From: Paraspadella gotoi
Taxonomy: Eukaryota; Animalia; Chaetognatha
Direction of reading: 5' to 3'
NCBI GenBank assembly: GCA_051294375.1
Contig: JBJCIZ010001037.1
Span: forward strand, 1-36,164
Length of the DNA: 36,164 nucleotides
The notes beneath the pieces are model-generated. The model saw only the letters and a list, made by a program, of their open reading frames with translations. It was not told the DNA's origin and did no database searches. Shown piece by piece: positions 22,110 through 32,223 of the stretch. The translations under genes were made by a program, and so were the position numbers. Numbering within the stretch: position 1 is the first letter of the stretch; every line of letters begins with the position of its first letter.

Positions 22110-22800
22110 TCTCTCTCCATTTCACCTTTCCCCTACTCCTCCCTCTCCCTTCCTCTCTCTCTCTATCTATCTTTTTCTCTATCTCTCCCTCTCTTTTTCT
22201 CTCCTCTCTTTCTCTCTATCTCTCCCTCTCTTTTTCTCTCTCTCCTTTCCTCTCTCCTTCACGCTCTCTCTCGGTATTGACTCTTTCCTTCTTTCACTCC
22301 TCTTCTTTCTCTCTCTCTCTCTCTCCTCTCTCTCTCCCTCCCTCTTACTCTCTCTCCTTTTCTCTCTCCTTCACACTTTCTCTCGGTCCTTAACTCTTTC
22401 ACTCCTCTCCCCTCTCTCTTTCTTTCTTTCTCTCCCTCTCTTTCTCTCTCTCTCCTTTCCTCTCTCCTTCACGCTTTCTCTCGGTATTGACTCTTTGTCT
22501 CCTTCACTCTCTCTCTCTTCCCCTTAACTTTTTCTTTCTTCCGCTCCTCCTCCCTCTCTCTCTCTCTCTTCTTCTCTCTCTTTCCCTTTAACTCTTTCTT
22601 TCTTCCGCTCCTCTTCTACTCTCTCTCCTTCTCTCTCTCTATCTCTCCCTCCCTCTTACTCTCTCTCCTTTTTCTCTCTCCTTCACGCATTCTCTCGGTC
22701 CTTAACTCTTTCTCTCTTTCATTCCTCTTCCCTCTACCTCTCTCTCCTTCTCTCTCTCTCTCTGTATCTCTACCTCTCTCTCTCCCTCTCCTTCTTTCGA
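22110..22800. repeat. (CT)n-rich tract with internal duplications (antisense intron 1)
   Basis: CT runs; CTCTCGGTATTGACTCTTT and CTCTCGGTCCTTAACTCTTT each occur twice. Confidence 0.9.
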
Positions 22801-22892
22801 CCCTTAACCTTTAACCCTTAATGCTCGAGTAAAACAACAACAAAAATTTAACTAAAAGCAAACAAAAACGAAAATTACGAAACAAAACTTAC

Positions 22893-23326
22893 ATTTCAAT
22901 CTGGGTCTCCAGCCATGACATCACTGGGAACCAAGCGGCGCCCTTCCTTGATGCCTCACGCATCAGGGTCCCTCGTTGGAGACACCAGGTATAGAGTGGG
23001 ATGCGTGGAAGGCCCATGTCCACGTAACCCTCATCGATTTCCATCATGACGAGGGCCCCGTTAAGTTCCATGTTGTTGGTTGTCCCACCGGCACCGAAGC
23101 GCCGCAAGAGGTACTGCTGAACTCCAGGCAGTGAGACCCCAACATTGGGAAACTCCTTCTTGTCGAATATCTGGCCGGTGTTTCCCCGGGTAGCAGAGAG
23201 TAACGAGTTGGATAGCCTTCGTTTGTTATCCCTGGTCAGTGACATCCTTTTTCCTTTTTTCTCTGCACAAGGGCGCCACGAGGATCCGTTTCCAGAGCAC
23301 CTTTTCCTTTTGTTCGGATTTTCCAT
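22893..23326 (-). CDS. Antisense spliced gene, exon 1
   Basis: CAAAATGG start context at 23326; NLS-like PNKRKR; frame open to the donor AT|GTAAGT at 22892. Confidence 0.72.
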
Positions 23327-23929
23327 TTTGAAGATTATCTCCCTTCACTTTTCAATTGGCATTAAAACATTTCTCCTTCTTCTTCCCCTTTATTTCTCTT
23401 GCAAAAAAAAAAAAGGTTTTTTTTTGTTGCTTTTTGTTGCCTTTTTTTTGTTTTCTTCTTTTTAAAGTTGAAAAATTTGAAGGATGAGAATTGAAGGTTG
23501 TCTCTTTCAGGTTGACGTGGGTAATCCGTTCAGTTCTTAAATAGAAATTGTTGTTCTCCTTTGAAATTTTTTTTCTTTTCGCCGTTTACCTTTTTATTCA
23601 TCTTTTTATTTTTTTTTTTTCTCTCATTTTGTTCTTCCTTGTTCTTTTATCTTTCGGTTGATTTCCAAATGGGCACGATGAAAAGACGAAAACATCCACA
23701 AAAAAAAAAACAAATGAAAATAAAATAGGTGAAACCATACCGAGATGAGCGGCAAAACTAAGAGGATAAAAGCCCTCCCCCTCCTCATCATCACCTTACC
23801 CGTGAGACGATCACATGACCTGCGCAAAAACAAAAGGGGACATCGCGATCGCATAAAATCTCGACCATGATAGCGATGGCTATCAACACATAAAGTTAGA
23901 CAGTCTCAGTTAGCCAAATTTTTTTTTCA

Positions 23930-24262
23930 CCCTCCCCTACTCTTTTCCTCTCTCTCCCTCTCTCTCCCTCTCTCTCTTTCTCCATCTCCCTCTCTCTTTC
24001 TCCGTCTCTTTCTTTCCATCTCTTCCTTCTCCCTTTCACTCTCTCCTCTCTTTCTCTCTCTTTCCCCACTTAAATATATTTTTTTTCCTCTTTCTCTTTC
24101 TTTCTTGAATCTCAACCTCCCCTCTTTCTCCCTCTCTCTTCCCCACTTCACCTTTTCTCTCTCTCTCACTCTCTCTCCATCTCCCGTTCTATCCCTCGCT
24201 CTCCCCCACTTAATATCCCCTTTTTTATTCTTTCATTCTCTCTCTTCCTCTTTCTCTCCCCC
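23930..24262. repeat. (CT)n-rich tract
   Basis: Directly visible CT runs. Confidence 0.9.
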
Positions 24263-24782
24263 CGGTTGAAAAGACAAAAGAAAATGCGTAAAGAAATAAT
24301 AATAATAAAATCTATAATTAAACAAAACGGGAAATATTATAAAATCAATGGAATGCATAAAAACTGCCCCTTACTCTTACTGTACAAAGTAGAAGTGTTT
24401 TCTTTCTTTTACAACGATTTTTATTGGTTATTACAAACAGTTTCGACTCGAAAATTTGAGTCCTTTTCAGCGCAAAAGAGCTCCTTACTCTTAATTTGAC
24501 CTTTTTATTGATTTATATGATTTTTTTTCTCTCTCTTTTTCATCTAAATTTTTTTTTTTTCCTTCTTTTTTTCTTTGAAATTTGACTTCTATTTTTAGAC
24601 ATTGCATATTTCTTGTTGCCTTGCCACGTATGCCTTTTTCTCCCAAATACCCCATCCAAGAGACAGACTCATTGACTTGACTGACACCCCCCCTCCCCCC
24701 CCTCAGCCCCCGACTCCAGGTTCAGTCAATCCAAAGGAACCAAAAGAGATTCGAGATTTGAGCCAAAGTGAATAAACCCAAG

Positions 24783-25841
24783 ATGAACCTGCTCCTGATC
24801 CTCACCGCTGCAGTCGTCGCCGCCGCTCTTCCCCCGTCTGTGGGACAAAAACTTTATGGATTTGACTGCTATGATCCGAGGACGAAAATCCTCCTCTCTG
24901 TCCCTTTCAAACAACTGAAACTGAATTACGGAACAAAATTCACGGCGACTGCGTTTAATGAACAATTCAGAGCCGCATGGAATGCAGATTGGATATATTT
25001 CCATCTGCACCATGAAGGATTTGTGGTACTATCGGAAGTGGACCCCGGCGCGCCACGCGGCCTTGTCGCCGCCATGATGGATGGAAAAGCACACCTGCTT
25101 CAATGCCACTACACCGAAGTCCACCCTGTGGAAAATGATGATGAATGCTTCGCTGACAAACTCGTGGAACTCCCGTCCGGCGCCAGGCGTTTCTTCGACA
25201 ATACTTCTGCCATCCTCGTCACCCACGGCAGAAAAGTGGAGTGCGGCCAGAAGACTCCCAAGGATCATGATGACTCCACCATTTCCAAAATTGCTGATGC
25301 CCTTGACGACGCCATGCTCTCACGAATGGCGATGTCCATCCTAGCAAGAGGTATCTTCAAGGGAGAGTTCGACGAGGACGTCACCAAGTTATTCAACCCC
25401 GATTCCATCCTGAAGCTCATTGAACTTGAGGAATTCGAATCAGACCACATCCTCAGCTCAATAGCCACCAAGATCAGGATGCTTTGGCCTAAGATAACTG
25501 TGGCTTACGTCACAGTCTACACCATCATCGCCATTGTCATTGTGTCGCTCGCCTTCTCCCGGGGAATCTCCCCTCTGAAGTGCTTTGCCTTAGTATTCTC
25601 GGTCTGCAAAATCTTAGTAGACTACGACAAATATCTTAAAGAGACGCAACTGCAAGAAAAGGCAGCACTTTATGAGGAGATTCCCAAGGAACCGCGCCAA
25701 GTACCTGAAGAGATAGTGGGCAACATCCTTGACTGCCTAAACAATATCCTCAATCGCATCGAAGACATTGAGGAAAGGCTTGAGCTCATGGATAATCGAC
25801 CGCCACCAGGGCGACGTGGGGTGAGGTCAACGCAACTCTAA
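24783..25841 (+). CDS. env: Env-like type I membrane protein, 352 aa, with chuvirus/gB (class III) glycoprotein-like motifs
   Basis: Signal peptide MNLLLILTAAVVAAA; YGFDC; GKAHLLQCHYTEV...ECFADKLVELPSGARRFFDNTSAILVTHGRKVEC; transmembrane segment ITVAYVTVYTIIAIVIVSLAF; C-terminal heptads; located between pol and the 3' LTR. Confidence 0.85.
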   Translation: MNLLLILTAAVVAAALPPSVGQKLYGFDCYDPRTKILLSVPFKQLKLNYGTKFTATAFNEQFRAAWNADWIYFHLHHEGFVVLSEVDPGAPRGLVAAMMDGKAHLLQCHYTEVHPVENDDECFADKLVELPSGARRFFDNTSAILVTHGRKVECGQKTPKDHDDSTISKIADALDDAMLSRMAMSILARGIFKGEFDEDVTKLFNPDSILKLIELEEFESDHILSSIATKIRMLWPKITVAYVTVYTIIAIVIVSLAFSRGISPLKCFALVFSVCKILVDYDKYLKETQLQEKAALYEEIPKEPRQVPEEIVGNILDCLNNILNRIEDIEERLELMDNRPPPGRRGVRSTQL

Positions 25842-27227
25842 TCTACACAACGTACGACCTCGTCCTCTACTATCTCGCTCTCGCCCCCCCCCCCCGGCTC
25901 AGAGACTAGTCTCCAAAAACCAGGAGCTCGACCGCCAAGCCCAGAGCGACGACTTACACCCCACGCCCCCCCTCATCCTTTTCCTGCGCTCTCTTATCTC
26001 TTATCCTTCTCTCCTCTCTTCTCTCTCTCTCTCTTCTCTCTCTCTTTATCTCTCTCTCCGGTTCTCTCTCCTCCCACAAAATGCTCGAAATCTTCGCGGA
26101 CTCTCCAGCACGAATGTCCAGCTTCAGTGGCGACATTCCCACGTCAACCGTCGTCAACGTCAACGTCGCGCACCTTCTATAGGAGACCAACGACAATCGT
26201 CTCCTCCTTCTCTCTTGCTCTCTGTTTTGTCCCTTACCACCCCCTTTTCTCCCCTTGTGTTAACGTGCATGACACCTTTTTTTTTGGCCAAGAATATGTT
26301 ATATTTTTTTTTAGTTACAATTACAGATCAAACGGAGGTGTGTTATTGCTTTGGTTTTTTTTTCCGTTTCTATTTTACATGGTACTACTTCTCGAAAAGT
26401 AAAAATTTTTAATTTTTATTTTAGATTTTTCTTTAAATTTTTTTTGTTGAAACATAGCATTGCTGAGTAATCTATATTGCATTGTGCGTTTCATCATTCG
26501 TATGTGTTTTATTTTAGTCAGTATGAATTCTCAGGTCCTTTTTCCGTTAAATTCGAATTTTAAAATGTAATTTTAAATGTGAAAATTGAAAATTAGTTTT
26601 ACAGTATGATTTATTGCTAGTTTTCTTGCCATCTCTTCACGTCAAATTTCTAATTCTGAAACCTTCTAAAATATTTTTTTAATTTTCATTGAAACGTTTC
26701 TAGTTTCATATTTAGTTTCATATTTAGTTTCATATTTAGTGTGTTTTAATTGTTAGTTTTGCTTTATTTCATCTTTTCCCTTTAAGTATCCTTTTTTTTA
26801 TAAAACAACTCCCTTTTTATTTTTTTTAAATTGATATTGATTTTGAATTCCTTTTGCAAAAAAATAACGAAAAACAAAACAAAAAAAAATATAAATTTTG
26901 ACTACTAAAAGTAGCGTGTCTTTCCCACCCCCTTGAGCAATTGTACCCTCCATCCCCTCCCAAAAGCCAACCTTGCTGACAAGACAAGGCGACTTCCGTT
27001 CCGCCCTCTCCAACCAGCGCCTCGTCCAAACAACCAATGAGGGTATCGACTCATGAGGAGCCTAAGACGACATTCCCCCCCACCCCCAAACATCGCGTCC
27101 ACCCCACAATCCACCTGACCCGGCTGGCGTCCGCCTCTGCCCCTGACTCTTCACAGCTCCACGCCCACACCAAGATGATGGCGACGCCCACTTGTGACAT
27201 TCAAGACCCAAGTGGGCGTCTCCGACC

Positions 27228-27237
27228 AAGAGAGGGG
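27228..27237 (+). promoter_or_regulatory. Polypurine tract candidate
   Basis: AAGAGAGGGG ends 1-2 nt before the start of LTR-LTR similarity. Confidence 0.55.
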
Positions 27238-27238
27238 C

Positions 27239-27564
27239 ACAAGATAGAGGCTCATCCTATCACCAGGGCCTTCTCTCTCCCGCCGGGCTTCCTCTTCCCC
27301 TCTCAACGTCCCCCTCCTCCTCCTCCTCTCGTCGCCTCCTCCTCCTCATCCCTGGGAGTGCATCGGGCTCCCTCTCTCTTGGACGGCACTCACGGCGCAA
27401 GGGCTACCAAGACCGCGCGATCTCCTTCTCCTCTCTCTCCTTTTCCTTTGTAGTATTTTGCTGTGGCCTTAACCCCTTTTTATTATTACATAATTTACCT
27501 TATTTACCTCTTTTACTTGTGAGAGGGTAGTCAGATCCTATTCTAGCCAGTTATTCTATCTTCA
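27239..27564 (+). repeat. 3' LTR of element 1
   Basis: Colinear with 6753-7083; subterminal inverted repeat AAGATAGA/TCTATCTT; ends in CA. Confidence 0.9.
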
Positions 27565-27566
27565 GA

Positions 27567-27884
27567 GGAAAACTTCCATTTTTGGACGAGTTAGTCCAAA
27601 AAATATGAAAAAAAAAAATAAAACTTCTGTCTACCGAAAACCAACAGCGACAAAGGTGACTGAAACCGCAATCCTGTCACCATCTAAAATGTCCACATAT
27701 CGACACTCAAGGGTGAGCTTTGTCGTGCCAAAAGATTATGCTCTTCAACGGAATTGTTGGAAAAAGACAAAAATCTTATCCTAGACAAAGACGAAGACAA
27801 TGGCCATAATAGAAAGACTTTACAAAAAGTTACTGAGGAATACCATCCATCAGAAAAAGTAATTTTCAAGGCAGAAAGTCGGTA
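27567..27884 (+). pseudogene. Penelope-like element reverse transcriptase C-terminal fragment
   Basis: GKLPFLD at 27567, TSVYRKPT at ~27623-27646, then STLKGELCRAKRLCSSTELLEK...NGH. These are typical PLE RT/thumb motifs in the right order, with frameshifts. Confidence 0.85.
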
Positions 27885-27969
27885 ATCGAAAATTAAAATT
27901 ATGGAGAGCGGGCGGGGGGCGGCCAGGAGGCCAGTGGGGGCCCCTGGAACTAGCTAAATGGTTTGAATG

Positions 27970-28110
27970 CATGGTGTTAATAAAAAAAAATAGCGCTGTA
28001 TCCCAAATCGATGTTTTTCTTTTAATTTAAAAAAAAACACCAAAAAACCCCACTAAAAAGCATATTTTTTGGTTGTTTTTTTTGGGTGGGTTTTTTTTAT
28101 AACAACCCTG
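27970..28110. mobile_element. Possible short MITE
   Basis: Imperfect terminal inverted repeats CATGGTGTTAATAAAAAAAA and TTTTTTTTATAACAACCCTG, plus internal inverted A/C-rich and T/G-rich arms. Confidence 0.45.
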
Positions 28111-28415
28111 GCTACAGATTGATGTAGTCGTTTTTATATACTTTTTAATACTTTGTTCTCAATTTTTGAAAAATTATTGAATGACACTAGATACCAAATT
28201 TATATATATTTTTTGATTATAGTATTTTTGACAAAGTTTTTATTTCTTTTCTTTCCTGAATTTTCCCCAATTTTTTATTTTCAATGTTATTTTTTTTAAT
28301 TCTTTTTATTTATCATTTGAATTTATCTTTTTAAATTGTATTTTATTTCCTTTTAAAAATGTTTATATTATATTAATTTTATATTAATTTCATCTTAATT
28401 TTGACTCAAACTAAT

Positions 28416-29791
28416 TTTTAGTCGGATCTACTTATCAGCAGATCCCGACTCTATAATTCACTTTGTCGGTTTGTCGGTCCGCCCCTCAATATTGTCGGGC
28501 ACCAAATTATATCATGTCAGAACATCGAATTATGATAAATTATGCCAAAAAATGATGTTCGTCCGTCCGTCTGTCCGTCCACCTTAGCAAAAAAACACCA
28601 ATTACTCGTGATTGGATGGATGGATTTGAATGAAATTTTGTGTGTGGGAAGGGAAGTGTGTGATTGAGCTGGATATAAAGTTTCGATGGAATCGTCTGAG
28701 TGGAAATGAGTTTAAATGGAAAAAAACAAAAAACCTGTTTCACTAATTGATTATGATTTTGTTCCCTTTTATATTGAATGTATATGCAGGATGTATTAAT
28801 AAATCAAATAATTAATCAGTTAATTAATCAATTAGTCAATTAATTAATCATTAATTAATTAATCAGTCAATCAATCGTCCATCCATCCCACCTTAGCAAA
28901 AAGCCCCAATAACTCGAGATTGGCTGGTTGATCGGAATGAAATTTTGTGTATGGGTAGGAACATGTGTGATTTAAGCTGGATTTAAAGTTTCGACGGAAT
29001 CGTGTGAGTGGATATGAGTTTAAATGGAAAAAACATAAGTCGCATTTACTAAAATCTTTTTACTTATTTTAACCAATAAATATACTCTAATTAATCATAA
29101 TTGGATGGATAGATTGAGTTCAAATTTTGTGTGTGGGTAAGAAAATGTGTGACGAAGCTTGATATAAAGTTTTGGTACGAGTGGAAATGAGTTTAAATGA
29201 AAAAAATATGAGTCACATTTACTTGACTCTTTTTACTTATTTTAACCCATAATAGATTGAGATGAAATTTTGTGAGCGGGAAGGAAAGTTGGTGAAGAAG
29301 CTAGATATAAGTTTTGACGGAATTGTGCCAGTGGAAATGAGTTTAAATGAAAAAATATAAGTCACATTTACTTTAAGGACATCGATGATGATAAGCTGTA
29401 TTCCCCGATCTAATACTTTAAGGGAGTTGTCTTTTCATACAATTGAAACATTCTTTGAATATTATACCACTTCATTGATAGGGAAGCCAGGTACTTTGGG
29501 AGTGAATAAACGAGACTGTGAGAGAGTCTTGATTGGAAGCTTGCAGGGACCTGCTATGTCATTATCTTGTAAGAGTGATGGAGGCCTTAAACCACCAAAG
29601 CCTGTCCAAAGTCAGGGGCAAGATAGCTTATTTATTAAATGAATGGATAATTTTTATATTGGTTTGTACAATTTCATAAATTTATAATTAATTATTAAAT
29701 ATTAAAATTAATTAATTAATTAATTGATTTATTAATTGATTAATTAATTAATTTCGTAGGCAGATCCGACATTGTTTGCTCAAACTTGTTT
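28416..29791 (+). mobile_element. DINE-1/HINE-like non-autonomous Helentron derivative
   Basis: T-run then subterminal IR GTCGGATCTACTTA (28421); adjacent partial IR CAGATCCCGAC; (GTCY)n at ~28465 and 28560; four copies of a TGAAATTTTGTG...GAGTGGAAATGAGTTTAAATG core; 3' subTIR TAGGCAGATCCGAC (29757-29770); short palindrome GTTTGCTCAAAC; then T's. Confidence 0.8.
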
Positions 29792-29861
29792 AACCATATT
29801 TAGGCGTTAAATTCCATTCCAAACTTTTGTATATTCTTTATTGCTAAAAATTGATTTTTAC

Positions 29862-30235
29862 TGTAACATTAATAGTATCGTCAGCGGATAGGAGATCCGC
29901 CTCCACTTCGTTCGCCATTCGTGAACTCTCTCCCTCTCCCTCTCCCACTCTCCCCTCTCTCTTTATTCGATCGTAGTTTAGCCTCATAGCGAATCAGAGG
30001 GCGGAGAGTGGGACTAGGGCAAAGGGTACGGTTTCATGGGCCGAGGGAGGAGGACGAAAGACTTTGGGTTTTCATTAGTGAAGCTGCCCTCGGCCCGAAT
30101 GGTTGTATTATATTTTCTTAGAATAATACTTTCTCTGCGCTGTCTTAAAACTGTGAATAACTAAATAAATATTGCTTGTTTTCTAAACTTTATTTGCGAT
30201 CAATTTAAACCATCGAGAAATAGTGCAATATCGCA
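29862..30235 (+). repeat. Putative 5' LTR of element 2 (~374 bp)
   Basis: Begins TGTAACATT at a composition shift and ends ATATCGCA 3 nt before the PBS. TATA-like sequence at ~30106 and AATAAA at 30164. The partner LTR is not in the window. Confidence 0.7.
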
Positions 30236-30238
30236 AAG

Positions 30239-30260
30239 TGGTGTCACCGACGGAATTCGA
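30239..30260 (+). promoter_or_regulatory. Primer-binding site of element 2
   Basis: TGGTGTCACCGACGGAATTCGA; its reverse complement has tRNA 3'-end geometry: TCGAAT + TCCGT + CGGTGAC + A + CCA. Confidence 0.85.
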
Positions 30261-30404
30261 GAAAAATAAAACAAACCACGCGAAAAGAAAAAAAACCGAA
30301 GAGACACTAAACCTACGCGAAAAACAAAGAAATAAGCGCAAACCATTCGGGCCCTCTCACCAAACAAAATTGAGCCAAAAACTAAATCTCGGTCCATCCT
30401 AGAT

Positions 30405-32223
30405 ATGGCAAAACTGCTCGGAATTGGTGAGAAGGGGGCCAGCAAAGATGCGATACCGCCGCTGCAACCCACCGCACCGGCCGGAAGAAAAACGCAAGAC
30501 ACTACGCAAGGCTTGGTGGGGGCCTACTTGGATAGGCGAACGGGAATGGTCGTCTATCACGACGGCAGGACCGAACCCTACCAATCAATGGACGACTTGA
30601 CGGCCGGGCTTGACAAGATCAAGCTTGTCGATGACGAAGAGGGCGCCGCCACCAACGGACCAACGGACAGCAGCGGCAAACCACACCTTCTAAACCTAGA
30701 CGAGAATCTGAGAAGGATCGCGGAAGGAAAGAAAGGCAACATGGGCGCCGCAATTACCGAGATGTTGGCCTTGATAAACGATAACAAGGTAGAGTTCCGC
30801 CGCGCCGCAGCGGAATCACGCCAAGCGGCCGCAGAGACCAGGGCTCTCGCCCGAAAGATGACCGACTTAGCACAAGCGGTAGAAGAACTGGCAACGACAC
30901 CAAGGGAAGAAGGCCCTGACGCCTACGCGCCGGAGGACCGCGGAAGGAGCACATCCGCAGGCAGAAACGCCGGAGGAGCAGGCCCGCGCTCGATTTCAGC
31001 GAACCCGCTCTCACGCGCGCCGATTAAGATGGACAGGCGGCGCGAAGGTGAAAAACCAATGGAGTTCTTGAGAGGCATCTACAGGAACATCAAGAATTGC
31101 GATTTCGAAGAGAGGCGGGTGAACGAGCAACTACAAGCCGTCCTCGCGCGCGACGAGGAAGCAAATTGGTACATCGACCCCATAGGCGGCAGCCTATGGA
31201 AAGGCCTCGAAGCGATGTGCAAAGAATCGTCGGTCACGGCGGCAGAAATAGCCGAAAAGATAGTGGTGAAAGTGGACCCAAAGGAACACTCCGAATACGG
31301 ACTCCCACTAGTAAATTCCATCTACAAAAAATTCGACTGCGTCGCACCGGAAGAACGTGACGCAGTCTCGCGCCATGTCGCCCGCTTACTAACGAAAGCG
31401 CTAGACCCGTACGCTCCTGGCATCTCGAGAGAAGTCCTCAAATTCAGAAACCTCATCGACACGGGAAACACGCCGGGAACTAGGAAAGGAAATAGAGTGG
31501 ATCCTGCGGGGTTGGCTCGAAACTTACGGATAACAAATCGGAAGGCACCGCCCGCCGCTTCATAAATTCTGTAAAGGAGAACGACCGTCAAATCCTCACG
31601 GACTCGCTCCTGAAGAAGGACTGAGCGACAAAAACCCCGCCGAAAGCGCGAACGCCCTATATCAAGGAGCAATGATGCAGGAAGCAAACAACACCCGTGA
31701 GCTCATGGAGAAGCTCACCAAAAGCATGTCGGCGATCCAAAAGGCCGTCGAAACCAAGAAGGACGACGGAAAATGGAGAGGACGCCAACCCAGAGACACT
31801 AGACGCCCCGAATGGCGCGACAGACGCGACGGGGGAGGCGACAGACGCTGGCAGGGCAGGCAAACCCGCACGGACAAAAATTTCCGAAGAGATAGATTTG
31901 AATTTAGACGCAGAGACGCAGTTGTAACTGATGAATTAGATGATGTGCAAACCACTAATAAAGCTTTCGAAAATTACAATTGCTCATTATTACCATATCC
32001 AAAGTCAGAAAAAGGTAAACCCCCAGAGAGGGTGAAAGCGGCGAAGCTAGCGAACGACGCCGCTGACAGAATCAAAAACGCTGCAAGGAAATGGCAACCG
32101 TCTGACGCCCTAGCGAGATTCGCCGACTGCGCGAAAACAGCAATCAAATTCAAGGGAAAAGACGCAGCAGCTAGGCTGTACAAGCTTTTTGCCCCGCTAG
32201 GGTTAGAGACAGACACCTGTTAG
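30405..32223 (+). pseudogene. gag: gag-like region of element 2, broken into ORFs 30405-31565 and 31672-32223
   Basis: Position after the PBS; coiled coil; capsid-like RRREGEKPMEFLRGIY; Arg-rich basic segment; interrupted by frameshifts or stops. Confidence 0.65.

Larger units (their letters stand above)
6753..27564 (+). mobile_element. Giant (~20.8 kb) Ty3/gypsy-type LTR retrotransposon with accessory genes (element 1)
   Basis: Direct repeats at 6753-7083 and 27239-27564 enclose gag, pol with domain order PR-RT-RH-IN, and an env-like ORF. A purine tract precedes the 3' repeat. No target-site duplication is visible. Confidence 0.92.

Noticed and set aside
27037-27453. 138-aa Pro/Ser-rich ORF
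   Set aside because: Runs into the LTR, has low complexity, and the 5' LTR copy does not clearly keep the frame.
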